Assembly: GCA_965214605.1 (NCBI GenBank)
Contig: OZ243961.1
Location: forward strand, 448,001-512,000
Source of the DNA: an uncultured Candidatus Binatia bacterium
GTDB lineage: Bacteria > Desulfobacterota > Binatia > Bin18
DNA length: 64,000 bases
Direction: 5' to 3'
Part shown: one piece after another, positions 49,371 to 59,065 of the stretch
How positions within the stretch are numbered: the stretch's first letter is position 1
Layout: every line of letters starts with the position of its first letter
Made by a program: the position numbers and the translations under genes
Notes under the pieces: generated by a model
Databases searched by the model: none
Told to the model about the DNA's origin: nothing
The model's input: only the letters and a program-made list of their open reading frames with translations

Positions 49371-50171
49371 ATGGAGTTCCGTTACGTTCTCGTACAGCGG
49401 GAAGAAGGTATTTGTCGTATTACCCTCAACCGCCCCGAACGCCTCAATGCCATCAACGTTCGCGTCGGGCTCGAACTCCTCGAGGCATTCGAGGACTGCG
49501 AGCGGGACGCCGAGGTGCGGGTCGTTATTCTCACCGGGGCGGGCCGGGCGTTCTGTGCAGGCGATGATCTCAAAGGCATGGCCGAGCCGGGCGAGCCCTA
49601 TCGCGTTTACGACGATCCGGTCAAACAGTATGTGCAGGGTGAGGGTCGCTGGACCTTGGTCTTGGCCAAGATGCGAGCCTTATCCAAGCCGGTGATTGGG
49701 ATGATCAACGGTCACGCCCACGGCGCGGGCTTTAACCTGGCCCTGGGCTGTGATCTACGGGTGATGGCAGACACGGCCACCCTGTGCATCCCGTTTGTCA
49801 AGCGCGGAATTGCAACCGGGACCAGTCTCCTGCAACAGTTTGTAGGCATTGGCAAAGCTATGGAGTGGGCCTTACTGGCCCCACAGCTGTCGGCTCAGGA
49901 GGCCGAACGTTGGGGACTCGTCAACCGAATTGTGCCCTTGGAGCAGCTCGAACAAGCCACCTTGGAGTGGGCACGCGAATTTGCTCAGGGACCAACTCTG
50001 ACCTACGGCTACACGAAGTCAGCCATCCTCCACGGTTGGGAAACGACGACGCCAGACAAAGCCTACGCATATCAAGGACAGGCCCTCTATTACGCCCGCC
50101 AAACCGAGGACTTTGAAGAAGGGCGCCGGGCTTTTCTGGAAAAACGTTCACCGCAGTTTAAAGGCAAATAG
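49371..50171 (+). CDS. Enoyl-CoA hydratase/isomerase family protein
   Basis: ITLNRPERLNA, AFCAGDD, GAGFNLALGCD, AFLEKR. Confidence 0.93.
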   Translation: MEFRYVLVQREEGICRITLNRPERLNAINVRVGLELLEAFEDCERDAEVRVVILTGAGRAFCAGDDLKGMAEPGEPYRVYDDPVKQYVQGEGRWTLVLAKMRALSKPVIGMINGHAHGAGFNLALGCDLRVMADTATLCIPFVKRGIATGTSLLQQFVGIGKAMEWALLAPQLSAQEAERWGLVNRIVPLEQLEQATLEWAREFAQGPTLTYGYTKSAILHGWETTTPDKAYAYQGQALYYARQTEDFEEGRRAFLEKRSPQFKGK

Positions 50172-50191
50172 CACGCGCCGTAAACATACCC

Positions 50192-51064
50192 TCATAACTC
50201 CTTGACTCGCCGCGAAGTCATAGCCTCCCCGGTACTGCCCCGGTTGACATGGCTGTTGCGCGCTTGGGCCTCCTGCTTGAGCGAAAAGCGCCGCCACATA
50301 TCCGGGCCAATAGCGGTCAATCCACCGTCAACGACCAGGGCTTCACCAGTGATAAAAGCGGCGTCTTGACTGGCCAAAAACAAGGCTGCCCCCGCGATAT
50401 TTTCTCCTGTTCCGTGTTCCGGCCAGGGCTGGAAACCGGCTAATGCTCGGGCCGTTACCTGCGGATCGCCCTGGGCGGTGAGTCCGGTCAGAATAGCCCC
50501 CGGGCAGATGGCATTGACCCGGATCCGATCCGGCGCGAGTTGAACGGCGGACGATTTTGTTAGATTAATCACCGCGGCCTTGGCCGCGGAATAGACCAAC
50601 GGACCAGACCCCCCACTCAGTCCGGCGGTCGAGGCGGTATTGATAATCGATCCGCCGTGCCCCTGTTTTTTCATGGCCCGAGCGGCGTGCTTAATGCCGA
50701 GGAATACGCCCTTGGTGAGCACATCAAACGTGTAATCCCACTCCTCAACCGCGATATCCCAGACTGGTCCGACGACCCCGCCCACCCCGGCATTATTAAA
50801 AAGAATATCCAGCCGGCCAAACTCTGACACCGCCAAGTCAACCATAGCTGCAATATCAGCCTCTTTTGCAACGTCGGTGCGAATAAACCGAACTGTGTCC
50901 GTATGGCCAGCCTCGCGGGCCAGACCGAGCGTTTTTTCGCCGTTGTCCGCGTTATAATCGGCAATAACGATACGCGCCCCTTCGTTAAGAAAACGTATGA
51001 CCGTTGCCTGGCCCATTCCACTTGCCCCACCAGTAATCACTGCAACCTTGCCTTCCAGTCTCAT
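50192..51064 (-). CDS. Short-chain dehydrogenase/reductase
   Basis: TGGASGMG, NNAG, YSAAK. Confidence 0.93.
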   Translation of the reverse strand: MRLEGKVAVITGGASGMGQATVIRFLNEGARIVIADYNADNGEKTLGLAREAGHTDTVRFIRTDVAKEADIAAMVDLAVSEFGRLDILFNNAGVGGVVGPVWDIAVEEWDYTFDVLTKGVFLGIKHAARAMKKQGHGGSIINTASTAGLSGGSGPLVYSAAKAAVINLTKSSAVQLAPDRIRVNAICPGAILTGLTAQGDPQVTARALAGFQPWPEHGTGENIAGAALFLASQDAAFITGEALVVDGGLTAIGPDMWRRFSLKQEAQARNSHVNRGSTGEAMTSRRVKEL

Positions 51065-51645
51065 CGTGACTGTCTCCTTATCGTATCGCAAATTATATCC
51101 ACCACCACTCTAGCGCATTTTAGTGCCGTAGACAGTACCAGCCGGGCTCCCCGAGCCCTGCAGGAGTGCCCCGCTCAGACGAGCAGTAAGGCAAATATGC
51201 CGCCAAGAGTACAATCTTCTCCCTTAAGCAGTATGGACAAGCCGTCCGCCCACGTCATTGATGCACTACGGAGGCGCGTATCTTTGAGATCTCGTCGTTC
51301 TTGGCCTGTACAGACTGCTGACGGACATCCTTCGTCTCTCCCCTTCACAGAGCTCGCGGAACTCGGCGCTTCTTCCTGAAAGACGACACACTTAAGAGCA
51401 AACTCGGTTGTCTCGGTTGAGGCGGACTTTCCGCGCTTTTTTGAGAATATCTGGGTCGAATAGAATTTCCGTTGAACCAGAAGACGCGGTGGTCTTCCTC
51501 AGAGAGAAAAGCCGCGTAAAAATCCTCCGTGATTGACGGACAAACAAGAGAGGGCGCTGGCCGCAGCTCTAGGTTCAGGATCTATGAGATGTTGGCATCG
51601 CAGATGGAGCGGCAAGGCGTACTCTCGGAGAAACGGCAATAGTCC

Positions 51646-52045
51646 GATTTGCCGGACACGGAACGTCATGCCTTGATCAAGACTCGTGTCGGCCAGGGGG
51701 GTTCAGAAACGCGCAAGTGAATTACTGAGGAGAATGCGCAGCTAAGGCAAGCCTTGCTGAGCGCCTCCCACATCAAGCCTTGGTCACAATCATCACCTAC
51801 GGAGCGCTCATGCCTCTCCAGCGGTTTGCTGCTATCCCTGGGCATCGACGCCTGCTTTGATGCCGGTTTCGTAAGCTTTGACAGCGAGGGCAAGATTCTG
51901 ATATCGACCCAATTGAGCCAGTGAGGACCTGTGGGCAATATGTTTACACTCCGAGATGCGATTGTCCAGGATCGAACCGGAGCACGGAAAGTATCTCGCT
52001 TATCACCGTGACCATGTTTGCCGAGAAAGCTGGCGGCCAGTTTAG
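51646..52045 (+). pseudogene. Degraded HNH endonuclease (HNH_2, restriction-nuclease-like); the 5' part probably extends toward ~51200
   Basis: Fragments DTERHALIKTRVGQG / FRNAQVNY*GECA / LLSASHIKPWS..SPTER....GLLL...DACFDAGFVSFD.EGKILIS / YLAYHRDHV, with frameshifts and stops. Confidence 0.85.
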
Positions 52046-52321
52046 AAGACTAAACCTGTAAATGCAGGAGAAGGTTGGTGCAAATCAACTTTCAGAGCAT
52101 CCAGACATTTTCACGCAAAGTGAAAGACCTCAGTCCGTACAGCTGCCCAGTGAGGCCTTTGCCTTTGTTAGCCCCCAAGAGGCGCAGCCCTCAGTCCGTA
52201 CAGCTGCCCAGTGAGGTATCTGTAATCAGGAGGCCGTCGTATGCGGAAAGCCGTGATGGAAAGCGTGGCATGGCGGCGGGAACGGGTTCTCTCGTCCAGT
52301 TCCAAGGATCGCGACTGAGGG
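52040..52321 (+). ncRNA. Candidate structured non-coding RNA or leader upstream of the giant NTPase
   Basis: Continuous run of hairpins with G-U pairs and GCAA/GCAAA loops, read by eye; not assigned to a known family. Confidence 0.4.
52128..52216. repeat. Two identical 28-bp direct repeats separated by 33 bp
   Basis: CCTCAGTCCGTACAGCTGCCCAGTGAGG at 52128-52155 and 52189-52216; each copy has CCTCA/TGAGG inverted ends. Confidence 0.95.
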
Positions 52322-52441
52322 ACCGCAGCCTGAAGAAAACGTCGCCCCGAGTATTGAGGCAAGACCGGCGGCTCTACATTGCGGCGACAATGCTGGGACG
52401 TCTCTGTCATTTTGCACTGACGCGACCGTGGGGAGTGTGAC

Positions 52442-55400
52442 GTGGAACCTTGGCCAATTTCGACCTTGAACGAGACTCTGCAGGCAGACCGCCGTGAAGC
52501 AGTCGTGAGAGAGGTTCTCGGACATTACAAGCAAGTTTCGCCAGCTACCAGCCAACGGCTAGAGAGAACATTCCGAAACCATCTGGAATTAAGGGGCTTT
52601 CGGGACCCAATGCAGGCGCCGGTCGGCCATCTGGCTCGGGAAGTTGCCAGAAGACTATTTCATTTCCAGGCTGTCGTAAAAGCCGTTCTGCTTGCCTGGT
52701 TGGAAATACGACAGAACCTGTTCGAGATCCTGTCCGATTTCCTGGATAACCGAGAGATTCCTCTGGCAGGACCTTCTGATCTGCCGGACGTGGTCGAGGC
52801 ATTTCAAGGCCAATTCACAGGCTTCGATGAGGATGACGTCGTTCTCATGCTGCATTGCATCAAGGCTTTCGAGAAACCGATTCGACCGATAGAGGAAACA
52901 ATGCCCGAAGAGCAACCTATCACGAAATGGCAGCAATGGCTTGAAGAACTGGAGGCGTTACCTTCGGATTCGCCAGAATGGGAAACAGACAGAACTTCGG
53001 CGTTTATCGAAGCCGTTCGGCAACTTTCGGAAATCAAACTTCAGGAACGGGAAGCGCCCCGCGAACGGTTGCGGATTGCCCTTGCCGCATTGGCGGATCA
53101 GCCAGACGATATCCTCACCTATTTCGGTATCGGTGCTGTCTCTGGCTGGACGGCAGATAAATGTGAACTATCGGAAGCTGAGGTTTTAGAAAATCAGGTC
53201 ACGGAGCTCAATGACGCCCTTGCCAGACACCGGGAGCTCGGCCATCAACCGGCTGCCTCCGAAGTGCACGAAAACAGACGCCGCCGTGATGAACTGACGG
53301 CTCTGGAAGATACCATTCTGGGGTCATACGACAGCTTATCCACTATTTTCGGAACACCACCGTCTGATGACCCGCCATCCGAACCGAATGAAAGGTCGCG
53401 GAAGGAGGAAACGCTTCGGAAAGAAACGGCTCCGACCGATTCAGATGGTTCGTCTTCCGGATCGCGGGAAGCGGAAACCAGGGAGGGAGATTCGGAGCCT
53501 GACCAGGCCTTGCAGACACCATCCCTTGTGGACGCGCGAGAGACGGGGATTAATAGGTCAGCGGAAGCTGGAACTTCCGGGGTCTGCCTTTCGTCAGGAG
53601 AGAAAAACAACGCTCCGCCAGAGGAAGCGGCCGTTCAGGACGAGGTTATTTCAGAGTTGTCGTCAGACCTGCACTCATCCCAGGAGGTCGCCACTCTCCT
53701 TGAAGTCGATGAGCGCGACCAGCTCTGGCATGCCCTGTTATGGGCACTTGTCGCCGAGGATGACTTGCCGGGTGCTTACTGGCTGGCACGATCGCTCAAC
53801 GCCTCCGGACGCCGCTCACCGATCCCTGACTACGTGCTCAAGGCAGCTCAGGGCGCACGCTGGCTGGCGTCTGGTGACGAGGAAAGGTTGGTCTCCGACC
53901 TGCTCGACATAGCCAAGGCTGGCCAGCCAAGTTCCGACGATGTCCAGGCAATGATCGGACTGGCAGGATCTCTACGTGCTGCTCTGATTGCCCCTCGCAG
54001 TGGCATGATAAGTTGGCTGAAAGTTCCTTCCTGCTGTCCCGAACTGCATGAGCTGGTTGGCACGGTCAAGGAGTTTGCCGAGTTGAACATCGTTCTCCTG
54101 CCGGAAGCCTTGGACAGAGTTGCTGGCGTGGAACAGCAGGAAGCCACTTTGGGCAAGGTCGTTCGCGATGCCCGGCAGTGGCTGCGTGAGACACCAAGCC
54201 AGCGCTCCACCCACAAGCGCGCCTCCAAAGTCTGGCAACACCTTGTGGGTCCGAGAGGAGAATTGCGCAAGATGCTTCTTCCGGTCGGCGAAGACCGTCG
54301 CAACGAAGCGCAGATCGTGAAAGAGCTGCTTGAGCAATGGGAACAGGAAACCCATATCTCGGACCGGATCCATCAAATTGACCGCCAATTGGCTGGCAAG
54401 AGACCACGACGACCCATCAATAGGGCAATACACAAGAAGCTGGTCCGAGACGTCAAGGATGCCTGTCGGCTTGCGCGTCAGTGGTGGGAGCAAGGAAATC
54501 GTTTGTACGAGACCAGGACGCGAGGAGACTGGCGGTCTGGCCAGGTGGACCGGCTGCGCGACCGTGTCCATAAGGCACTGCCCCGGGCAGAGGCAGCTCT
54601 TGAGCAATTGAGTCAACGTGATCAGTCCGCGCCAGTGGAAGCTGCAGCGCTTTGCCTGAGACGAGCCTTGCGGCAGTTAGACGAGACGTTGCACCTGCAG
54701 GCCGTAGAAGGTGCGCTGGGCACGTACGCGTGGGAATGGTGCACGTCCGATGCCGAGAATCTTTCCACCGCTCTGAGTCGCCGCCTCTTGTGGTTACCCG
54801 AACTTTCCCTGGACGATGAAGGGCAGCCGTTTGATGAAATTCATGTTGCTACACCTTTGCGGGAAGCCTGTGCCGGGAAGCGGGATCTGCGTACCGCATT
54901 CAAGGGCTGGCTGCAAAGACAAGACTACCGCTTTATCAAGATCCTTTTGAGCGCTATGCGTAGTGAGGGCGACGAGCCTCGGGTGGATGAGTTGTCCAGC
55001 CTCTATCAGGAAGCCCTGGATGGTTCACGGGCAGTCTTGGGTGAGCACCTGAACAGGACCGACCAGGAAATTGAGCAGGCTGTTGTGGATGGCATCATCG
55101 GGGAAGAACGTTCCGAGTACAACGCCATCGTCGTCTCTGTAGGTTCGAAGGAAGTTCTGAATTTCCCCCCAGAGTTCAAAAGTCTCGAAGAGGTGCATGA
55201 GCGTCTTGCCGACGCGCGCAAGGAGCGCTTGGAGGAATTGCGACAGACGTGGAAGAGCTTGGAGAAAAGGCTTGACGAATCCGACATCACACCTGAGAGA
55301 AGGGAGGTCTTCAAAGAGCGGATTTCAAGAGAGTTAACAGGTGAAGACACACGGGTCGTCGAGGAACGAATAGCCCAGCTCGAAGAGGTGTTGCATCTTG

Positions 55401-58252
55401 GTGATGATGCGGGAGAGATCTTTTCCAGGGCGAGTGCACCAACGCGTGACGTGCTGGCCGAATTCAAGGAGCGGGCACCAAGAATTGCACAGTGGTTCGA
55501 GCAGGCGAAGGGTCTGCAGGCAATCGTCAGAGACATTGAAAGGGCACCAAGTCGCCATCTTGGCGGGACCAATTTTAAGAGAGTACCGAAACCTCGACGA
55601 GATGAGGCGGCCAGAGCGGTTACTGCGTGGCGTCTCCTGAAACAGCAAGGACGAAAGGGAGACAGTTTAGAGCCCTTGGTCGTCCTGCTGCTGGGCTACC
55701 TTGGTTTTGCGGACGCGCAGTGCCGGATTGCGAATAGGGGTGAGGACTGGCTCCACGCAAGCGCTTCGATGTCGGCCAGCGAGGACTTGGTAAAGTCAGT
55801 CCCTCAGTTCGGTTCACAGGCACAAGGACATTACGAGGTGATCTGTCTTTGGGAGCGTCCGGGAGCAGAAGTGCTTGCAGCACGTCTGCGAGAGTTGCGG
55901 CTGACCATGCGTAATGTGTTAGTGTTGTATTTGGGTCGGCTGACAACGACGCAGCAACGCGACGTCGCCCGCACCTGTCGTGAGCGTGGTTTGGCAATAG
56001 CTATCCTAGATGAAACCCTCCTCCTATTTCTCGCTCCAGAGCGGGATGCGCGCCTCCCTGTTTTCCTGCACTGTGCCCTGCCGTTCACAGCGTTGAATCC
56101 CTATTCGCCTTTTCAAGCGGGAGACGTGCCTCCAGAGATGTTCTACGGTCGGGAACAAATGATCCGAGAACTGCAGAGCCAGACCGGAAGCTGTCTCGTG
56201 TATGGTGGGAGGCAGTTGGGCAAGTCTGCTCTGCTTCGTCATGTGGAACGGCAGTTTCACCGTCCAGAGCAAGGCCAGTTTGCATGGGTTGAAGACATGA
56301 AGCTGATTTTCGACCCCAAAGCAGGAAAGGAGTCGACCCACGTCTGGCAAGTGTTGCAGGAAGGATTCAAACGGAAAGGCTTGCTGCCGCCAAGCGTAAG
56401 AACGAATAACCCTGACAAGATTGCCCGGCATATTGATGACGCCATGAAGCAGGAGCCTCACCGGCGTGTGATAGTCATGTTTGATGAGGCAGATGATTTC
56501 CTTGATTACGACGCCAGTGATCGCTTCCGAGTGGTTTTGAAGTTGCGGGAATTGATGTCGGCTACCCAGCGTCGTTTCAAAATAGTCTTTGCGGGCCTTC
56601 ACAATGTGCAACGTTTCCAAGGCATTCCGAATCAGCCATTGGCGCATTTTGGGGCTCCAATACAGGTCGGACCGTTGGAACCTAGGGCTGCGCAGGAGTT
56701 GGTACAAGAACCCCTAAGCATTCTGGGCTATCGCTTCGCCGATGATGCCAACGTGCTCAGAATACTGTCATACACCAATTATCACCCGGGTCTGATTCAG
56801 ATATTCTGCCAAGAGCTTCTGAAGCGGCTGCACAGACGGACGGACAGGTCCCTGCCTCCCTATGCGATTGAACAGAACGATGTGGAGGACGTGTACCGTC
56901 TGCCTGACGTTCGTGAACGCATCCGGGAGCGATTCGACTGGACACTCGCGTTGGATCTCCGTTACCAGGCCATTGCTTGGGCGATGATTTTCGACCAGAT
57001 GGGGATGGAGAAAGGCAGAGACTACACGTCGGTGTATCCGCTCGGGGAGATTCTGGAACTCGTGCGCTATTGCTGGCCTCAAGGCTTTGAGGGCATGACT
57101 TCCGATCAGTTGCGGAGCCTTCTTGGTGAGTTGTGCGGCTTGGGGGTGCTTGTACGTAATGGAGATGGACACTATCGCCTTCGGAGTCCCAACCTGGTTC
57201 GCTTGATGGGAACAGAAACAGACATTGAAAACCGCCTGGCCGAACTTTCCGACAAGAAACTGCCGGGTCCGTTCGATGCGGATAACCATCACGCTCCACT
57301 TGACGACGAAGCACGGGAATACAGTCCACTGAGCTATGCCCAGGATCGAAGCCTGATACCGCAGCATTTCGGTGTAGGAGTCATAGGTGCGTCGGAAGCA
57401 ACCGGACTTTCCACCCTTTCAGAGGCCTTTGGCCGTTACGTCTCCGGAGATTCTGCAGAGGGAATATACGCAGAAATTCCCTCGGACATCATGGATGGGG
57501 ACAGCCTAAACAGGTGGCTGGATAAGCATTTGCAGACGTACAAGGGACGCGAACGTCTTGTTGTCTGTTACAGACCCCCGGAGAAGGCCTGGGACAATTT
57601 GGGAAACCTGGTCGACTCCGCCTTGAAATTCTGCAGGCGTCATCAGTCACGCAGTGGCAAGAGATGGCTGAGGATGTTGTTTCTCTTTGATCCACCGACG
57701 ACTTGGGCTTGGCTGTCGCTCCCTCATGAGCAGCGCGAAAAGTTGGAAAATCATATGGATGCCGTGGTCTGGCCACATCTCTGGAATCTCAGTGGGATAC
57801 GCCAGCGACTGTCCCAGCACAACAAGATGGATTCGGAAGAAGTATGTCGATTTGTCTTGGAGGCGACGGGCGGGTGGCCCTTGTTGCTGGGCGAATTGTT
57901 CAAGCGGTGTCGTGCGGAGGACGACCCGCGTCCTTCTGCCAAAGCCATCGGTGAGGAAGTGGCAGGGTCCGACTCAGCCTTGGGTCGGCAATTCCGTGTT
58001 TCGCTAGGCTTGGACATCAACGAGGAGGTACGCCGTGTCTGGGAGTTTGTTCGTCGAGAAGACCAAGTGCCCGCTGAATGGATAAATCCCGACATGGTCG
58101 GCAGTGAATCTATCCTGAAGGCAGAAGTCTGTAAGAGCGCCGTCGAATACCTCCAGTGGATGGGATGTCTCTCGATACATCGTGACATAGGTTCAGCAGA
58201 GGCAATGGTTTCAGCAGAGCCAACGGTGAAGAGAGTCATGTCATCGCCATGA
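52442..58252 (+). CDS. Giant (1936 aa) P-loop NTPase, STAND/AAA-like, putative defence/conflict protein
   Basis: MFYGRE, Walker A GGRQLGKS, Walker B VIVMFDEAD, IVFAG strand, NYHPGLIQ; long helical N-terminal half. Confidence 0.85.
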   Translation: MEPWPISTLNETLQADRREAVVREVLGHYKQVSPATSQRLERTFRNHLELRGFRDPMQAPVGHLAREVARRLFHFQAVVKAVLLAWLEIRQNLFEILSDFLDNREIPLAGPSDLPDVVEAFQGQFTGFDEDDVVLMLHCIKAFEKPIRPIEETMPEEQPITKWQQWLEELEALPSDSPEWETDRTSAFIEAVRQLSEIKLQEREAPRERLRIALAALADQPDDILTYFGIGAVSGWTADKCELSEAEVLENQVTELNDALARHRELGHQPAASEVHENRRRRDELTALEDTILGSYDSLSTIFGTPPSDDPPSEPNERSRKEETLRKETAPTDSDGSSSGSREAETREGDSEPDQALQTPSLVDARETGINRSAEAGTSGVCLSSGEKNNAPPEEAAVQDEVISELSSDLHSSQEVATLLEVDERDQLWHALLWALVAEDDLPGAYWLARSLNASGRRSPIPDYVLKAAQGARWLASGDEERLVSDLLDIAKAGQPSSDDVQAMIGLAGSLRAALIAPRSGMISWLKVPSCCPELHELVGTVKEFAELNIVLLPEALDRVAGVEQQEATLGKVVRDARQWLRETPSQRSTHKRASKVWQHLVGPRGELRKMLLPVGEDRRNEAQIVKELLEQWEQETHISDRIHQIDRQLAGKRPRRPINRAIHKKLVRDVKDACRLARQWWEQGNRLYETRTRGDWRSGQVDRLRDRVHKALPRAEAALEQLSQRDQSAPVEAAALCLRRALRQLDETLHLQAVEGALGTYAWEWCTSDAENLSTALSRRLLWLPELSLDDEGQPFDEIHVATPLREACAGKRDLRTAFKGWLQRQDYRFIKILLSAMRSEGDEPRVDELSSLYQEALDGSRAVLGEHLNRTDQEIEQAVVDGIIGEERSEYNAIVVSVGSKEVLNFPPEFKSLEEVHERLADARKERLEELRQTWKSLEKRLDESDITPERREVFKERISRELTGEDTRVVEERIAQLEEVLHLGDDAGEIFSRASAPTRDVLAEFKERAPRIAQWFEQAKGLQAIVRDIERAPSRHLGGTNFKRVPKPRRDEAARAVTAWRLLKQQGRKGDSLEPLVVLLLGYLGFADAQCRIANRGEDWLHASASMSASEDLVKSVPQFGSQAQGHYEVICLWERPGAEVLAARLRELRLTMRNVLVLYLGRLTTTQQRDVARTCRERGLAIAILDETLLLFLAPERDARLPVFLHCALPFTALNPYSPFQAGDVPPEMFYGREQMIRELQSQTGSCLVYGGRQLGKSALLRHVERQFHRPEQGQFAWVEDMKLIFDPKAGKESTHVWQVLQEGFKRKGLLPPSVRTNNPDKIARHIDDAMKQEPHRRVIVMFDEADDFLDYDASDRFRVVLKLRELMSATQRRFKIVFAGLHNVQRFQGIPNQPLAHFGAPIQVGPLEPRAAQELVQEPLSILGYRFADDANVLRILSYTNYHPGLIQIFCQELLKRLHRRTDRSLPPYAIEQNDVEDVYRLPDVRERIRERFDWTLALDLRYQAIAWAMIFDQMGMEKGRDYTSVYPLGEILELVRYCWPQGFEGMTSDQLRSLLGELCGLGVLVRNGDGHYRLRSPNLVRLMGTETDIENRLAELSDKKLPGPFDADNHHAPLDDEAREYSPLSYAQDRSLIPQHFGVGVIGASEATGLSTLSEAFGRYVSGDSAEGIYAEIPSDIMDGDSLNRWLDKHLQTYKGRERLVVCYRPPEKAWDNLGNLVDSALKFCRRHQSRSGKRWLRMLFLFDPPTTWAWLSLPHEQREKLENHMDAVVWPHLWNLSGIRQRLSQHNKMDSEEVCRFVLEATGGWPLLLGELFKRCRAEDDPRPSAKAIGEEVAGSDSALGRQFRVSLGLDINEEVRRVWEFVRREDQVPAEWINPDMVGSESILKAEVCKSAVEYLQWMGCLSIHRDIGSAEAMVSAEPTVKRVMSSP

Positions 58253-58350
58253 GGATTGTGCGTTCAGATACTCCCTTTCGCCTTCCAAGTGTTCAGAATT
58301 TCTTGGGCAGGCTGGTAGACGACCTTTCCAAGTTGAGAATAGAGCACTAG
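58249..58350 (+). pseudogene. 5' stub of a gene translationally coupled to the NTPase
   Basis: ATGA overlap; MRIVRSDTPFRLPSVQNFLGRLVDDLSKLRIEH* ends at the CTAG bordering the IS remnant. Confidence 0.6.
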
Positions 58351-58988
58351 AGATCGGGCTCTATCAGTTTCCCGGCTTCACCCCCTCCTGCCCAACAAGG
58401 TCCGAGGCGTCCCTTGCGTCGATGACCGAAAGGTCATCAGCGGCATCATCCACGTCATCCGATACGGCCCCTGATGTAGCGTGACGTACCCGCCTGCCAC
58501 GGGCCTCACAAGCCCCTCTACAACCGCTTCGTACGCTGGAGTCTTCGAGTGCACCTTCTAGGCCCTGGCTTCCGAAAGCACCGCTAATGAGACCGTCATG
58601 ATCGACGGCACGCATCTCAAGGACCTCGCAATGCTGCCCAGCCTGCTCGAAAAGAGGCTTTTGAGCGCGGCATCGGACACAGTCGAGGCGGCCTCACCTC
58701 CAAGCTCCACGCCGTCTGCGCCGGCGAGGGCAAGTCCATTGCTTTGCAGTGGACAGCGGGTCAGGTCAGCGACTACCTAGAGGCGGACACGCGGCTGCCG
58801 GAGGCCAAGGAGGCGGGGGGGTCTCCGACAGCGAGCTTTCCAAGCACCGCAATCTTATTGAACGCATGTTTGACACCCAAGCCTGCCCGCCGCATTACCC
58901 ACCCGGGACGACTGTTGTGCACCTACATGCTACAGTCCCATCTGCTAGGCTGCCACGGGTATCTTCTGGCTATGAGTCCTGATCCTAG
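58347..58988 (+). mobile_element. Degraded IS5-family (IS427-like) insertion sequence
   Basis: Transposase fragments PNKVRGVPCVDDRKVISGIIHVIR, GPHKPLYNRFVRWS, VMIDGTHLK, SRGGLTSKLHAVC, RNLIERMF, IFWL*; right end ATGAGTCCTGATCCTAG; CTAG at both ends. Confidence 0.88.
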
Positions 58989-59065
58989 AACGGTCTCCCT
59001 CGGCCTCTTGCATTTCTCTGACTAGGGGTTGATAAGACAGAAAACTCTCCGAGAAGGCTATCTCC

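Noticed and set aside
52071-52130. c-di-GMP-I riboswitch (GCAAA...ACGCAAAG)
   Set aside because: Spacing is too long and the intervening GAAA-tetraloop stem is absent
52128-52216. Calling this a bona fide CRISPR array
   Set aside because: Only two repeats, no degenerate third copy at +/-61 bp and no cas genes; the CCGTACAG shared with type I-F repeats does not form the I-F hairpin. Kept as a repeat and ncRNA candidate
52075-52440. 121-aa ORF over the structured region
   Set aside because: Arg/Ser/Pro-rich with no motif, and the 61-bp repeat period is out of frame; more likely non-coding
53245-58239. Long antisense ORFs (e.g. 53972..54616, 56024..56707) and similar shadow ORFs across the window
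   Set aside because: They lie opposite well-supported genes and carry no motifs; expected in GC-rich DNA
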